From NCBI GenBank assembly GCA_964454895.1, contig CAYVTW010000011.1:8264-72263 (forward strand): a DNA stretch of 64,000 bases. Direction: 5' to 3'. The notes under the pieces are model-generated. The model worked only from the letters and a program-made list of their open reading frames with translations, did not search any database and had not been told where the DNA came from. This document shows, piece by piece, positions 34,585 to 45,135 of this stretch; position 1 is the stretch's first letter; each line of letters begins with the position of its first letter. A program made the translations under genes and the position numbers. The DNA is from an uncultured Ignavibacterium sp. Lineage in GTDB: Bacteria > Bacteroidota > Ignavibacteria > Ch128b.

Positions 34585-37500
34585 TCAAGAAAGAGCTTTC
34601 TCAATTATTTCTTTTTGAGTTTTTTCATGGACTTTTATTTTACCAGGTGCAGGACTTGAACTCTCTTCTCTTCCCACAAATTCGAGTTTAATATCAATAT
34701 CTAATTGATTCCAGACTCTTGAAATTAGATAAGGCCATGCACCCATATTTTTAGGCTCTTCCTGTATCCATTTAATTCTCGTTATATTATTATAACCACT
34801 TAGAATTTTTCTAAACGAAGAGAAATTGAAAGGATAATATTGTTCGATTCTAACAATTGCAAAATCTTTTTTCTTCTTTTTTTCTCTTTCTTCTAAAAGT
34901 TCATAATAAATCTTGCCAGAAGTCAGGATTAAAGTCTTCACACTTTGCTTATCATCTAACAATTCATCATCAATAATTTCTTTAAAATTACATTCTGCTA
35001 ATTCATTAAGCGAGGATTTTACCAATCGATGTCGCAATAGACTTTTTGGAGTAAATACGATTAAAGGTTTAGCATCAATTTCTAAAGCTTGATTGATTAA
35101 TAGTGAGAAGAATTGTGCTGGTGTAGTTGGGATTGTAACTCTTATATTTTCTCCAGAGCAAAGAGTTAGAAACCTTTCAATTCTAGCACTGCTATGTTCT
35201 GGGCCTTGACCTTCGTATCCATGTGGTAAAAATAGAGTAAGTCCAGAAGAAATCCCCCATTTTTCAAAAGAACTTACAATAAAATTATCAATCAAAACTT
35301 GAGCGACATTGGCAAAGTCTCCAAATTGTGCTTCCCAAATAGTTAATGTAAGAGGATCGGTTAAGCTGTAACCAAACTCAAATCCAAGAACACCAGCCTC
35401 GGAAAGCAAAGAATCAATTACCTCTGCCTTCGTAAATTCATTTTCGAATTGAGAAAGTACTGAAAACTCTTTCTGAGTATTGAAATCATACCATTTCATA
35501 TGTCGTTGATTAAAAGTGCCCCTTGCACTATCCTGTCCACTTAAACGGATAGAAATGCCTCTATTCAACAACAATGCAAAAGCTAGAGCTTCTGCAGTAG
35601 CCCAATCAACTGCTTTCAAATCAGATTTTCCAATTAATGCTCTTCTATTTTCGAGGAACTTTAATAATTTCGGATGAGCTGTAAAATCGTTCGGGATTCG
35701 GGTTAATTTCTCGAGTAGATCGTATAATTCTTTAATTTCAATTTTGCGTTTAGCTTTGGTCTGTTTAATAAACTCTTCAGAGTATGGAGAGACCTTATCT
35801 TGAATAAATTTTGATTTTAATTCCTTTTGTTTTGAAAAGGAAAGATTATGACATGTAATAATTTCTGAATCAATCATTTGCTTCTCAACTTCGTCAATAA
35901 TTTTATCGTTTATCAATCGTTGTGCATAGATCTCTTTCACAGATAACTTTGACTTAATTATCTTATACATTACAGGTTGAGTTAGTGAAGGTTCGTCCCC
36001 TTCATTATGTCCATGTTTTCTATATCCAATAATGTCAATCACAACATCTTTCTTAAAAAGATTTCTATATTCAAAGGCAAGCTGAATTGCATTAAGAACA
36101 GCTTCAGGTTCTTCAGCATTGACATGAAATATCGGAACTTGAATGGCCTTTGCAACATCTGTCGCATATGGTGAACTTCTTGCATCTTCAGGATTTGTAG
36201 TAAATCCAATTTGATTGTTTAGAATGATATGAATTGTCCCACCAACTGTATAACCATCAAGTTGAGATAAATTTAAAGTCTCCATTACTATACCTTGACC
36301 AGCAAATGCGGCATCTCCATGAATTAGAACCGGGATTATTTTTTCTCTGTTGTAGTCTTTATAAATTTTTTGTTTTGCTCTGACAATTCCCGTTAAAACA
36401 GGATCAACAAATTCAAGATGACTTGGATTATAAGCCACCGAAACATGAACCTTTTTCCCCGATATTGTTTGAAAATCACCAGAAGCACCTAAATGATATT
36501 TAACATCACCCGTACCTTGAGTTGAGTTTGGATCAAAATTCTCTTCAAATTCAGCAAAAATTTCGTCAAATGGCTTACCTATTATATTAGCCAAAACATT
36601 AAGTCTACCTCTATGAGCCATACCAATACAAATTTCATCAACATCTTTTTCTCCGGAAATATTTATTAAATAATCTAAAGCTGGTATTAAGCTTTCTAAG
36701 CCTTCAAGTGAAAATCTCTTATGCCCGACATAATTAGAATGAAGAAATCTTTCAAACAACTCAGCCGTAGATAATTTCCATAAGATTCTTTTTTTCAAAT
36801 TATCATCAAGTTTTATTTTATTTCGGGTAGATTCCATTTTATTCTGTAACCAACTCCGTTCATTAAAGTTTTGAATGTGCATATATTCAACACCAATCTT
36901 CTCACAGTAGGTCTCGGACAAAACCTCTAATATCTCTCTTAGCGTAGCTTTTTCTATTCCGCCAAGGTTAACAGCGTAAAATGTTCTATCATAATCCCAA
37001 ATATCTAATCCATAATTTTCTGGATCTAATTCTTGGTAATAAAAATTATTTTTGAACAATGGATTTATATCAGCAATCAAATGACCACGAACTCTATACA
37101 TATTAATAAGCTGAATTAAGCGAGATTGCTTAATCATTAAAGAAGAATTATCTGAGTTAGTTTGTAGAAAACTTAAATCGCTGATTTTCCAGTGCAATGG
37201 TTTATGTGAAATACCAAGATCTTCAAAAAGTCTTTCATAGAAATTTTCTTCACCAAGAATTAGTTTTTCAACTTCTCTTAGGAACTCCCCACTCTCAGCC
37301 CCTTGAATAATTCTATGATCGTATGTGTTTGTTATGGTAAATATTTTACTTATCCCCATCATGGACAAACTCTTCTCCTCAATACCTTTGAATTCAGCTG
37401 GATACTCAATATTCCCAACTGCAATTATGCAACCTTGATTGATCATCAATCTTGGTACTGAAGCAACTGTCCCTAACATACCTGGATTTGTAATAGTTAT

Positions 37501-38235
37501 AGTTGTGTTGAAAAAGTCATCTGGAATAATTTCACCTTTTCTGGTTCTGTTAATTAATTTATCGTATGCATCAACAAACTCGGCAAAATTCAAGTCATCG
37601 GCATTTTTAATATTAGGAACCATTAAAAAACGAGTCCCATCCTTTTTAATTAAATCAATAGCAATCCCGAGATTGATTTTATCTTTCTTCACAATGTATG
37701 GTTGACTCTGAATGTAAGCGAAGGAATAGTTTAAAGTTGGATATTTTTTTAGTGCTGTTAAAATCGCATAAGATATGATATGAGTAAATGATACTTTTTT
37801 ACCTCGCATCAACTCTAATTTTGAATTAATTAACCTTCGATTCTCCTCCAATAATTTTGCCGTTACATTTCGAAATGTTGTTGCAGTTGGGATGGTTAAA
37901 CTACTCTCCATATTGTGAAGCAATTTTTCCGAGTTACCTTTAATGGGAATTGCCTCACCCAAAATATTGTATATATCCGATTGAAGTACATTTTTTTCAG
38001 AGGTTCGTGCTGTATCAAAATTTTGTCCTGATATTTTTTGATTCGTAAGAATATCCGTTGATGCATTGGTATTATTTTCTTGATTTCCATTATTCTGCAA
38101 ACTCTTAAAAAAATCTGACCAGTTCCTATTGATACTTTTCGGATCCTTCAGATACTCTTCATAAAGTTCTAAAACGAAATGAGAATTTGCACCAAAATAC
38201 TTTATCAATTTTTGTTTGATTTTATTTTCGTTCAT
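34585..38235 (-). CDS. sucA: Multifunctional 2-oxoglutarate dehydrogenase E1 component fused to an E2-like succinyltransferase domain (OdhA/Kgd-type)
   Basis: N-terminus MNENKIKQKLIKYFGANSHFVLELYEEYLKDPKSINRNWSDFF (SucA N-terminal signature); E2 catalytic-domain block DHRIIQGAESGEFLREVEKLI; ThDP-binding GDAAFAGQG...N; 1216 aa, the size of actinobacterial OdhA/Kgd. Confidence 0.85.
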   Translation of the reverse strand: MNENKIKQKLIKYFGANSHFVLELYEEYLKDPKSINRNWSDFFKSLQNNGNQENNTNASTDILTNQKISGQNFDTARTSEKNVLQSDIYNILGEAIPIKGNSEKLLHNMESSLTIPTATTFRNVTAKLLEENRRLINSKLELMRGKKVSFTHIISYAILTALKKYPTLNYSFAYIQSQPYIVKKDKINLGIAIDLIKKDGTRFLMVPNIKNADDLNFAEFVDAYDKLINRTRKGEIIPDDFFNTTITITNPGMLGTVASVPRLMINQGCIIAVGNIEYPAEFKGIEEKSLSMMGISKIFTITNTYDHRIIQGAESGEFLREVEKLILGEENFYERLFEDLGISHKPLHWKISDLSFLQTNSDNSSLMIKQSRLIQLINMYRVRGHLIADINPLFKNNFYYQELDPENYGLDIWDYDRTFYAVNLGGIEKATLREILEVLSETYCEKIGVEYMHIQNFNERSWLQNKMESTRNKIKLDDNLKKRILWKLSTAELFERFLHSNYVGHKRFSLEGLESLIPALDYLINISGEKDVDEICIGMAHRGRLNVLANIIGKPFDEIFAEFEENFDPNSTQGTGDVKYHLGASGDFQTISGKKVHVSVAYNPSHLEFVDPVLTGIVRAKQKIYKDYNREKIIPVLIHGDAAFAGQGIVMETLNLSQLDGYTVGGTIHIILNNQIGFTTNPEDARSSPYATDVAKAIQVPIFHVNAEEPEAVLNAIQLAFEYRNLFKKDVVIDIIGYRKHGHNEGDEPSLTQPVMYKIIKSKLSVKEIYAQRLINDKIIDEVEKQMIDSEIITCHNLSFSKQKELKSKFIQDKVSPYSEEFIKQTKAKRKIEIKELYDLLEKLTRIPNDFTAHPKLLKFLENRRALIGKSDLKAVDWATAEALAFALLLNRGISIRLSGQDSARGTFNQRHMKWYDFNTQKEFSVLSQFENEFTKAEVIDSLLSEAGVLGFEFGYSLTDPLTLTIWEAQFGDFANVAQVLIDNFIVSSFEKWGISSGLTLFLPHGYEGQGPEHSSARIERFLTLCSGENIRVTIPTTPAQFFSLLINQALEIDAKPLIVFTPKSLLRHRLVKSSLNELAECNFKEIIDDELLDDKQSVKTLILTSGKIYYELLEEREKKKKKDFAIVRIEQYYPFNFSSFRKILSGYNNITRIKWIQEEPKNMGAWPYLISRVWNQLDIDIKLEFVGREESSSPAPGKIKVHEKTQKEIIEKALS

Positions 38236-38580
38236 CTTTTCGACTTATATTTTTTATTGATCTACACATTATATAACACAGTTTTTTACTTATAAGTTTT
38301 ATAAGTCATACAATTTAGAGGATAATATTTGAAGTCGAAAAGGAGAGAAACTAGATTTTATTCTATAATAAAAGATAGGTGTAATTTTTGAGAGGAAAAT
38401 GTACGCGAGAGCCTTGGTAATTAATTTAATTACAAAAATTTCTAGATGCTCTGATCAACAATTAGATTTATTAAGAATTTGGTATTTAAAACAAATTTAT
38501 ATATAAAACTTGGCGAAGCTGTTTATTATAAATCTTAAGTGATTACAGCTTAAATTCTCTCAAAGCGACAAAATAAATTA

Positions 38581-40164
38581 TCAATATTCTGTAGTAATAT
38601 CTCTCTCAGTAACTGGATCGAAAAAGCGAAATTCATCTACACGAAGAGAAACATCCATCTCTACATTTAATCTAATTCTGTATTTCAACCTCCAACGAAT
38701 GTACCTCGGAATAAAACCTTTTAAAATATCATTTTCGAGAAATGGATTAATTTTTAATGTAACTTTTGGAAGTAATTTTCCAACTTTGAATCTTCTTAAC
38801 CAATGTTCAATTTCTTTTAGTAGAGCATCCTTAGAAATCAAAATTCCAGTTCCTCCACAAGTTGGACAAACATCTCTAGACCTCTGAAAAATACTTTTTC
38901 TAACTCTCTGCCTTGTAATTTGGACAAGTCCGAACTCGGTCATCGGAAGTATCGATACTTTAGCTCGATCTTTACGAAATTCTTTTTTCAATTCATCGAA
39001 AATTTTTTTCTTGTTTTTCTCCTCCTCCAAATCAATAAAATCAATGATGATGATTCCACCTATATCTCTCAATCTGACTTGACGACAAATTTCTCTTGCT
39101 GCTTCTAAATCGATTTTGAGTGAATTCACTTCTTGATTCATTGATGCAGCATATTTACCAGTATTTACATCAATAACTGTCATTGCTTCAGTTTGATCAA
39201 TAACGATGTGCCCACCACTCGGCAGAGGGACTTTCCTAGAATTGGCTATTCTTAGTTGCGGCTCAATGCCAAAAACATCAAATATTGGTTCTTTACCTTT
39301 GTATAATTCAATTCGGTCTTTAAGCTCCGGATGAACTTGATGCAGATAATCTTTTAATTGTTTGTAAATCTTTTTTGAGTCTACAACAATTTTTGAAACT
39401 TCATAATTAAACAAATCTCTAATTACGCTTGAAGTTGTGCTAGCATCTTTATAGACAAGTGCTGGTGCTTTTTCGGTTTTGATAGCTTGTTCAATTTCTT
39501 TCCAAGTATTTAATAGTCTATTCAGTTCTTCTTTTATAGTCTCTTCATCTTCATTCGCGGCAATTGTTCTAATGATTGCACCAAATCCTTCAGGTATTAT
39601 TGAACGAACAATTCTTCTTAGTTTTCTCCTTTTCCTTTGATCAACAATTTTTTTAGAGACACCAACTTTGGAGTCAAAAGGGAGTAATACAAGAAATCTT
39701 CCTGGAATAGTTAATCTTGTTGTAACTCTGAACCCTTTATTCCCAACTGGTTCCTTTGTTACTTGAACAAGAATTTCTTTACCCCTTTCAATCTTAGGAA
39801 GAGTTGGAGCTTGGATAGTTCGTTGGTATGGTTGTTTTGCTCGTTGGACGTTTTTAGTTGTAATCTCCTCATCTTCTTCTTCCTCAAGATCTATATCGGA
39901 ATCATCATCGCCTAATAGTTCATCAAGGTCTTCCATTTTGGGATCGATATCAGAAAAATGAAGAAATGCGTCTTGTTTGTGACCAACATCAATAAAGGCT
40001 GCTTTAATTCCGGGAATTACTTTAGCTACACGCCCAAGGTAAATATCCCCAACTGACCGTTGAGCATCGGAATGTTCTACAAAATATTCTGTCAACAATC
40101 CATCTTCTGTAATCGCAATTCGAGTTTCGTCGCCGATAGAATTGATGATTATTTCTTTGTTCAT
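38581..40164 (-). CDS. rng: Ribonuclease G/E-family endoribonuclease (S1 domain + catalytic domain) with short acidic insertion
   Basis: MNKEIIINSIGDETRIAITEDGLLTEYFVEHSDAQRSVGDIYLGRVAKVIPGIKAAFIDVG is the canonical Rne/Rng N-terminus; DNase-I-like catalytic block ...GGIIIIDFIDLEEE...; Zn-link CPTCGGTG; acidic stretch DLDELLGDDDSDIDLEEEEDEE. Confidence 0.8.
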   Translation of the reverse strand: MNKEIIINSIGDETRIAITEDGLLTEYFVEHSDAQRSVGDIYLGRVAKVIPGIKAAFIDVGHKQDAFLHFSDIDPKMEDLDELLGDDDSDIDLEEEEDEEITTKNVQRAKQPYQRTIQAPTLPKIERGKEILVQVTKEPVGNKGFRVTTRLTIPGRFLVLLPFDSKVGVSKKIVDQRKRRKLRRIVRSIIPEGFGAIIRTIAANEDEETIKEELNRLLNTWKEIEQAIKTEKAPALVYKDASTTSSVIRDLFNYEVSKIVVDSKKIYKQLKDYLHQVHPELKDRIELYKGKEPIFDVFGIEPQLRIANSRKVPLPSGGHIVIDQTEAMTVIDVNTGKYAASMNQEVNSLKIDLEAAREICRQVRLRDIGGIIIIDFIDLEEEKNKKKIFDELKKEFRKDRAKVSILPMTEFGLVQITRQRVRKSIFQRSRDVCPTCGGTGILISKDALLKEIEHWLRRFKVGKLLPKVTLKINPFLENDILKGFIPRYIRWRLKYRIRLNVEMDVSLRVDEFRFFDPVTERDITTEY

Positions 40165-40678
40165 AAATAAATAAAAACCTCTTTTTTATTCGCAATAAAA
40201 AAAACTTCTCTAAAAAACTTTGAATGTTCCTTTGTCTTTTCCAGACTCGGTTTAATAAAGAAAAACTTTTTCGTTTTAATAGACCAGATGAAAAGCTTTT
40301 AATATGATATTTATTACCCTCATCAAAAAAAGTAGAAAAACTCTTATTAATTTTTGCTCTAATTTCTAAGTGCAATCTAATATAAGATTGAGTTGAATTG
40401 GTAAATGGGTTAATGCTCTTAGATAATGTAGAAAAAATCGAAAGAAATTTAGAAATACTCTTTCTATTGTGACTCCAGATTAATGATTTAAGGGATAAAA
40501 ATTTTTTGAAAAGAAACTTAGGAGAATTGATAAAATTTAAGAGGAGAGTATTTTCTATACTCTTCCTCTTATCTGAATTAATAAAAAACTTAACTATACA
40601 AATCTTACGATATAAATCTTTGATCCAACTATAACTCACAAAATGCTTGAAATTCATAAAATAAATTTCTACATGGCT

Positions 40679-42811
40679 TTACTTCTTTGGTGTATGTGTC
40701 TTTTTATCCTCGGTTGGTGCAGGAATTAAGACCTTTCGACTGAAAACCAATTTACCATTATCTTCTATCTTAATTAACTTAACATCAATTTTTTCACCAA
40801 CCTTAAAGTAATCTTCCACTTTATTTACTTTTTTATGATCAATTTGAGAGATATGAACCAATCCTTCAACTCCGGGAACAACTTCAACAAATGCACCAAA
40901 ATCAACAATCTTTTTTACAGTGGCTTTGTAAACTTTTCCAATCTGTGGTGGTTCAGTCAATAACTTAATTCTTGAAATTGCTTCCTCGATATCGTCTTCA
41001 TTTGATGAGGCAATATTGACTGTTCCATCTTGATCAATCATTATCTCGGTTCTAGTATCTCTTTGGATAGATTGAATGATCTTACCACTTGGTCCAATTA
41101 CAGCTCCAATTTTTTCCACAGGAATTTTAATCTGAACAAGATGAGGAGCATATTTTGAGATTTGCGACCTTGGTGCAGAAAGAGTTTCATTCATTTTTGA
41201 AAGGATGAACAATCGTCCTTCTTTCGCTTGAGCAAGTGCTTCGGCCATTATTTCGAAAGATATACCTTTTACTTTGATATCCATTTGAAATCCAGTAATA
41301 CCATCTTCGGTTCCAGCAACTTTGAAATCCATATCACCGAGATGATCTTCATCACCAAGAATATCGCTAAGAATTTTATATTGATTGTTTTCAAGGATTA
41401 ATCCCATTGCAATACCAGCAACGGGTTTTTTAAGTTGAACGCCACCATCCATCAAAGCAAGTGAGCCAGCACAAACAGTAGCCATGGAAGAAGAACCATT
41501 CGATTCAAGAATATCTGAAACAAGGCGAATTGTATAAGGGAAGTCATTATCTTTAGGTAAAAGATTCTTCAATGATCTTTCAGCTAAATTACCATGACCG
41601 ATCTCTCTTCTTCCTGGTTCTCTATATCTTCCTACTTCACCAACGCTAAAAGCAGGGAAATTGTAATGAAGCATGAATCTTTTAGTGGTTTCCTCCGGCA
41701 ACAATCCTTCAACAAGTTGTTCATCTAACTTTGTTCCAAGAGTTAATGTTGTTAAGCTTTGTGTTTCTCCTCTTGTAAACAGAGAAGAGCCATGTGCCCT
41801 CGGGAGTAGTCCAACTTCACAATAAATTGGACGGATATCTTTTGGGCCACGACCATCGAGACGAACATTCTCTTCAAGTATCATTTTACGCATCAATTCT
41901 CTCTCAAGGTCGTGTATTGCTGCTCTAATTAAGAATTCTCTTTCGGGGAATTTTTCCTTCAGAGCCTCTACTGTTTCTAAACTAATTTGTTTTAGATTAT
42001 TTCTTCTTATTTCTTTAGTAGATGGAGTATGAATTACTTGATTAATTTTATCGTAACAAATTTCACGAACAAGCTTTGCAATTTCTTCTTCTTCGGGATA
42101 GGTTACGAATGTTTTTTTAGCTTTACCAATTTCCCCAACCAATTCTTTTTGAAGCACAACAAGTTGTTTGATATATTCATGCCCGAATTTAATTGCTTCG
42201 AGCATTGTCTCTTCAGATACTTCTTTCGCCTCACCTTCGACCATAAGAATCGAATCTTCCGTACCAGCTACAACAATTTCAAGCCGGGATTCTTCAATTT
42301 CTTTATATGTTGGATTGACAATAAATCGATCGTCTATTAAACACACACGAACTTCACCAATTGGGCCTTCAAACGGTATATCAGAAATAGCTAAAGCAGC
42401 TGAAGCACCTACAGCACCAATTACATCAGGATCGTGTTCTTGATCTGAAGAGTAAACTTGTACAACAACTTGTGTCTCATTCATGTATCCTTTCGGGAAT
42501 AAAGGTCGAATTGGTCGGTCAATCAATCTAGCGGAAAGAATTTCTTTTTCAGTTGGTTTTCCTTCCCTTTTAATAAATCCACCAGGAATTTTTCCTACAG
42601 CTGAATATTTTTCTCTATATTCAACTGATAACGGGAAAAAATCTTGCCCAACAACTGCCTCATCGGCAGCAACTGCAACGGCTAAAACTTTTGTATCACC
42701 GAAACTAACCATCACTGCTCCGTTAGCTTGCCGGGCAAATCTACCTGCCTCTAGTGAAAAAGTCTTTCCGTTTAATTCCATTTCTTTTAAGACTATCATA
42801 TTCGTAACCAT
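40679..42811 (-). CDS. pnp: Polyribonucleotide nucleotidyltransferase (PNPase)
   Basis: Two RNase PH domains, KH (GKIIQSIQRDT) and S1 (GKVYKATVKKIVDFGAFVEV) domains; N-terminal ...FSLEAGRFARQANGAV...; true start may be the ATG at MIVLKEM/MELNGK a few codons in. Confidence 0.9.
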   Translation of the reverse strand: MVTNMIVLKEMELNGKTFSLEAGRFARQANGAVMVSFGDTKVLAVAVAADEAVVGQDFFPLSVEYREKYSAVGKIPGGFIKREGKPTEKEILSARLIDRPIRPLFPKGYMNETQVVVQVYSSDQEHDPDVIGAVGASAALAISDIPFEGPIGEVRVCLIDDRFIVNPTYKEIEESRLEIVVAGTEDSILMVEGEAKEVSEETMLEAIKFGHEYIKQLVVLQKELVGEIGKAKKTFVTYPEEEEIAKLVREICYDKINQVIHTPSTKEIRRNNLKQISLETVEALKEKFPEREFLIRAAIHDLERELMRKMILEENVRLDGRGPKDIRPIYCEVGLLPRAHGSSLFTRGETQSLTTLTLGTKLDEQLVEGLLPEETTKRFMLHYNFPAFSVGEVGRYREPGRREIGHGNLAERSLKNLLPKDNDFPYTIRLVSDILESNGSSSMATVCAGSLALMDGGVQLKKPVAGIAMGLILENNQYKILSDILGDEDHLGDMDFKVAGTEDGITGFQMDIKVKGISFEIMAEALAQAKEGRLFILSKMNETLSAPRSQISKYAPHLVQIKIPVEKIGAVIGPSGKIIQSIQRDTRTEIMIDQDGTVNIASSNEDDIEEAISRIKLLTEPPQIGKVYKATVKKIVDFGAFVEVVPGVEGLVHISQIDHKKVNKVEDYFKVGEKIDVKLIKIEDNGKLVFSRKVLIPAPTEDKKTHTPKK

Positions 42812-42812
42812 T

Positions 42813-43079
42813 TTACTTTCTTAAGTTTAATTCCTCGACTATCTTTCGATATCTCTCAATGTCTTTGTTCTGTAAATATCTTAGTAGTCTTCTTCTTTTA
42901 CCAACCATTTTTATTAATCCCGTACGGGAATGGTTGTCTTTCTTGTGTTCTTCGAAGTGCTTAGTTAATTCATTAATTCTTGCAGTAAGAATAGCAATCT
43001 GCACTTCTGGTATGCCAGTATTTTTTTCACTGCCACCATATTTCAAAATGATTTCTCTTTTTTGTTCTTTGGATAACAT
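42813..43079 (-). CDS. rpsO: 30S ribosomal protein S15
   Basis: 88 aa; ...[47 protein letters not shown] is the S15 signature. Confidence 0.9.
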   Translation of the reverse strand: MLSKEQKREIILKYGGSEKNTGIPEVQIAILTARINELTKHFEEHKKDNHSRTGLIKMVGKRRRLLRYLQNKDIERYRKIVEELNLRK

Positions 43080-43146
43080 AGCTTTTACTCCTTTCTTTTA
43101 ATATAATACCAGAGTTAACCAGTATTAATTGTTAAACATTACTTTA

Positions 43147-44091
43147 TTATTTAAAAACATTGAGTGTATCTATGCGCTTAAAACATTCCTGTTTATCTTT
43201 TTGTAATTGAGCTTTTAATTCTTCTATAGACTCAAATTTCTTCTCGTCTCTTATTCTATCTAAAAAACGAACAATTATCGGATTACCATAAATATTTTCA
43301 TTTAAGTAGAAAATGTGAACTTCCATGATCAATTCAGTTGTATTATTGAATGTTGGCCTAAAACCGATATTCATCATTCCATAATAATTTTTATCGGCTA
43401 CATCAACTTCGACAAAATAAACACCACGAGCTGGTATTAATTTATCCTTATTTTCTACCTCAATATTAGCTGTGGGAAAACCAATTGATCCACCTCTTTG
43501 GTTACCCTTTACAACTTTACCATGGATTTCGTATTTATTACCCATCATCTTATTTGCAATTTCAACATTTCCATCTAAAAGAGCTTTTCTTATTCTAGTG
43601 CTGCTTATCTTATGACCATCAAAAATAAGTGGATCAACTTTTATTACATTGAAGTCGAAAAATTTCCCAAGTTCAGTTAAGACCTCGGGATTGCCTTCTC
43701 TGTTCTTTCCGAAGTGATGATCTGAACCAACAACTACAGTATGTACTCCAATTCGATTTACAAAATATTCCTCAACAAATGTCCTGAAATCAATCTGCGA
43801 AAATTCTTTTGTGAAATTGATTACAAGTACATTTTGGACTGATAGAAATTTCAGATATTCAAGTTTTTGTTTTAGTGTAGTGAGAAGTTTAATTGAGTCA
43901 CTTTTTGAAAGTACTATTTGAGGATGTGGATCGAATGTAATAACCAAATTTCGACATTCATTTTCTACTGATTGATAAATCATTTCGTTTATTATCTTTC
44001 GATGTCCTAGATGAACTCCATCGAAAGTGCCTACAGTCAAAACAGTATTTTTATCTTTTTTTATCTCATCTATACTATAAAAAACATTCAT
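43147..44091 (-). CDS. ribF: Bifunctional riboflavin kinase / FMN adenylyltransferase
   Basis: N-terminal nucleotidyltransferase VLTVGTFDGVHLGHRKII, C-terminal riboflavin-kinase domain (GxVVKGNQRG...GFPTAN...PARGVY...E.HIF). Confidence 0.85.
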   Translation of the reverse strand: MNVFYSIDEIKKDKNTVLTVGTFDGVHLGHRKIINEMIYQSVENECRNLVITFDPHPQIVLSKSDSIKLLTTLKQKLEYLKFLSVQNVLVINFTKEFSQIDFRTFVEEYFVNRIGVHTVVVGSDHHFGKNREGNPEVLTELGKFFDFNVIKVDPLIFDGHKISSTRIRKALLDGNVEIANKMMGNKYEIHGKVVKGNQRGGSIGFPTANIEVENKDKLIPARGVYFVEVDVADKNYYGMMNIGFRPTFNNTTELIMEVHIFYLNENIYGNPIIVRFLDRIRDEKKFESIEELKAQLQKDKQECFKRIDTLNVFK

Positions 44092-44807
44092 CAGTTTATT
44101 CTACTCTTAACTAATTTTCTTAATTCCTCAATATCAATAGCATCTTCTAAAGAGAATTTACCAATTTTTGTTCTTTCGAGTTGATAAAGAAAAGCACCTG
44201 TGCCTAGTTTCTGACCTAAATCATGAACCAAAGATCGCACATAAGTCCCCTTCGAACAAACGATGTTAAAATCAGCAAATGGTGGATTATAATTAAGAAT
44301 TTCAAATTCTTGGATGAATACTTTTTTCGGTTTTAGATTTACATTTTTTCCTTTACGGGCTAGTTCATAAGCTCTTTTACCATTAATCCATGTCGCAGAA
44401 TAAATTGGAGGAACTTGTTCAATCTCTCCAATAAAACTTTTTGTTGCTTCTCTGATCAAATCGATGGTTAAACTTGAAATATCTTTTAGTTCACTTGCTT
44501 GATCAATTGTTTCCATATCCATAGAAGGAGTCGTTTTACCAAAATAAATTTTCCCTCTATATTCTTTTATTTGATTCTGAAATTCACCTATAGCTTTAGT
44601 GAGTTTGCCCGTACATAGAATTAATAATCCTGTAGCTTTTGGATCGAGTGTTCCTGCGTGACCTACTTTTTTCGCTCTTATAATTCTTCTTACTTTATCA
44701 ACTACTTTGAATGAAGACCAATCCAGAGGTTTATTAATTAAAATCACTGCTCCTTCGTTAAAGTCAATATCAAATATATCAGTAGTTTTATTCGTTATCA
44801 TTTTCAT
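44091..44807 (-). CDS. truB: tRNA pseudouridine(55) synthase
   Basis: GVILINKPLDWSSFKVVDKVRR...KVGHAGTLDPKATGLLILCTGKLTK contains the catalytic Asp motif of TruB; ATGA overlap with ribF. Confidence 0.85.
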   Translation of the reverse strand: MKMITNKTTDIFDIDFNEGAVILINKPLDWSSFKVVDKVRRIIRAKKVGHAGTLDPKATGLLILCTGKLTKAIGEFQNQIKEYRGKIYFGKTTPSMDMETIDQASELKDISSLTIDLIREATKSFIGEIEQVPPIYSATWINGKRAYELARKGKNVNLKPKKVFIQEFEILNYNPPFADFNIVCSKGTYVRSLVHDLGQKLGTGAFLYQLERTKIGKFSLEDAIDIEELRKLVKSRIN

Positions 44808-45135
44808 GAATTTTCTTAATCAGTCTATTAATATTATCAACATAATCTAAAGTATCGTCATAGTAAAAAGAGAGTTCTGGAACTCTTCTAATTTTTAATC
44901 GACCGGCAAGTTTTGAACGGAAATGACCTTTAGCATTATTAAGACGCTCGAGAGTAATTTTTCTTTTTTCCTGATCAAAAATTGAGATGTAAATTTTAGC
45001 GTTTTGAAGATCACCAGAAACTTTGACTGATGTAATCGTTACAAATCCAAGGGCGGGATCGTTCGTCTCCCGCAATAAAATCATACTCAACTCTTTTTTA
45101 ATTAATTCTGCAACTTTTTCAGTTCTTACCGACAT
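44788..45135 (-). CDS. rbfA: Ribosome-binding factor A
   Basis: Conserved RbfA core RTEKVAELIKKELSMILLRETNDPALGFVTITSVKVSGDLQNAKIYIS; start placed at internal ATG (MSVRTEK, 45133-45135) to avoid a 41-nt overlap with infB implied by the track start at 45159. Confidence 0.75.
   Translation of the reverse strand: MSVRTEKVAELIKKELSMILLRETNDPALGFVTITSVKVSGDLQNAKIYISIFDQEKRKITLERLNNAKGHFRSKLAGRLKIRRVPELSFYYDDTLDYVDNINRLIKKIHENDNE

Noticed and set aside
40022-40657. 211-aa ORF between pnp and rng
   Set aside because: K/S/F/I-rich low-complexity translation of an AT-rich spacer, overlaps the rng start codon region by 143 nt, no recognisable motifs; treated as non-coding leader.
43080-43146. Apparent palindrome TAATACCAG-agttaa-CCAGTATTA upstream of rpsO
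   Set aside because: Arms are not complementary (CCAG repeated, not CTGG); it is a direct/mirror repeat, not a hairpin.
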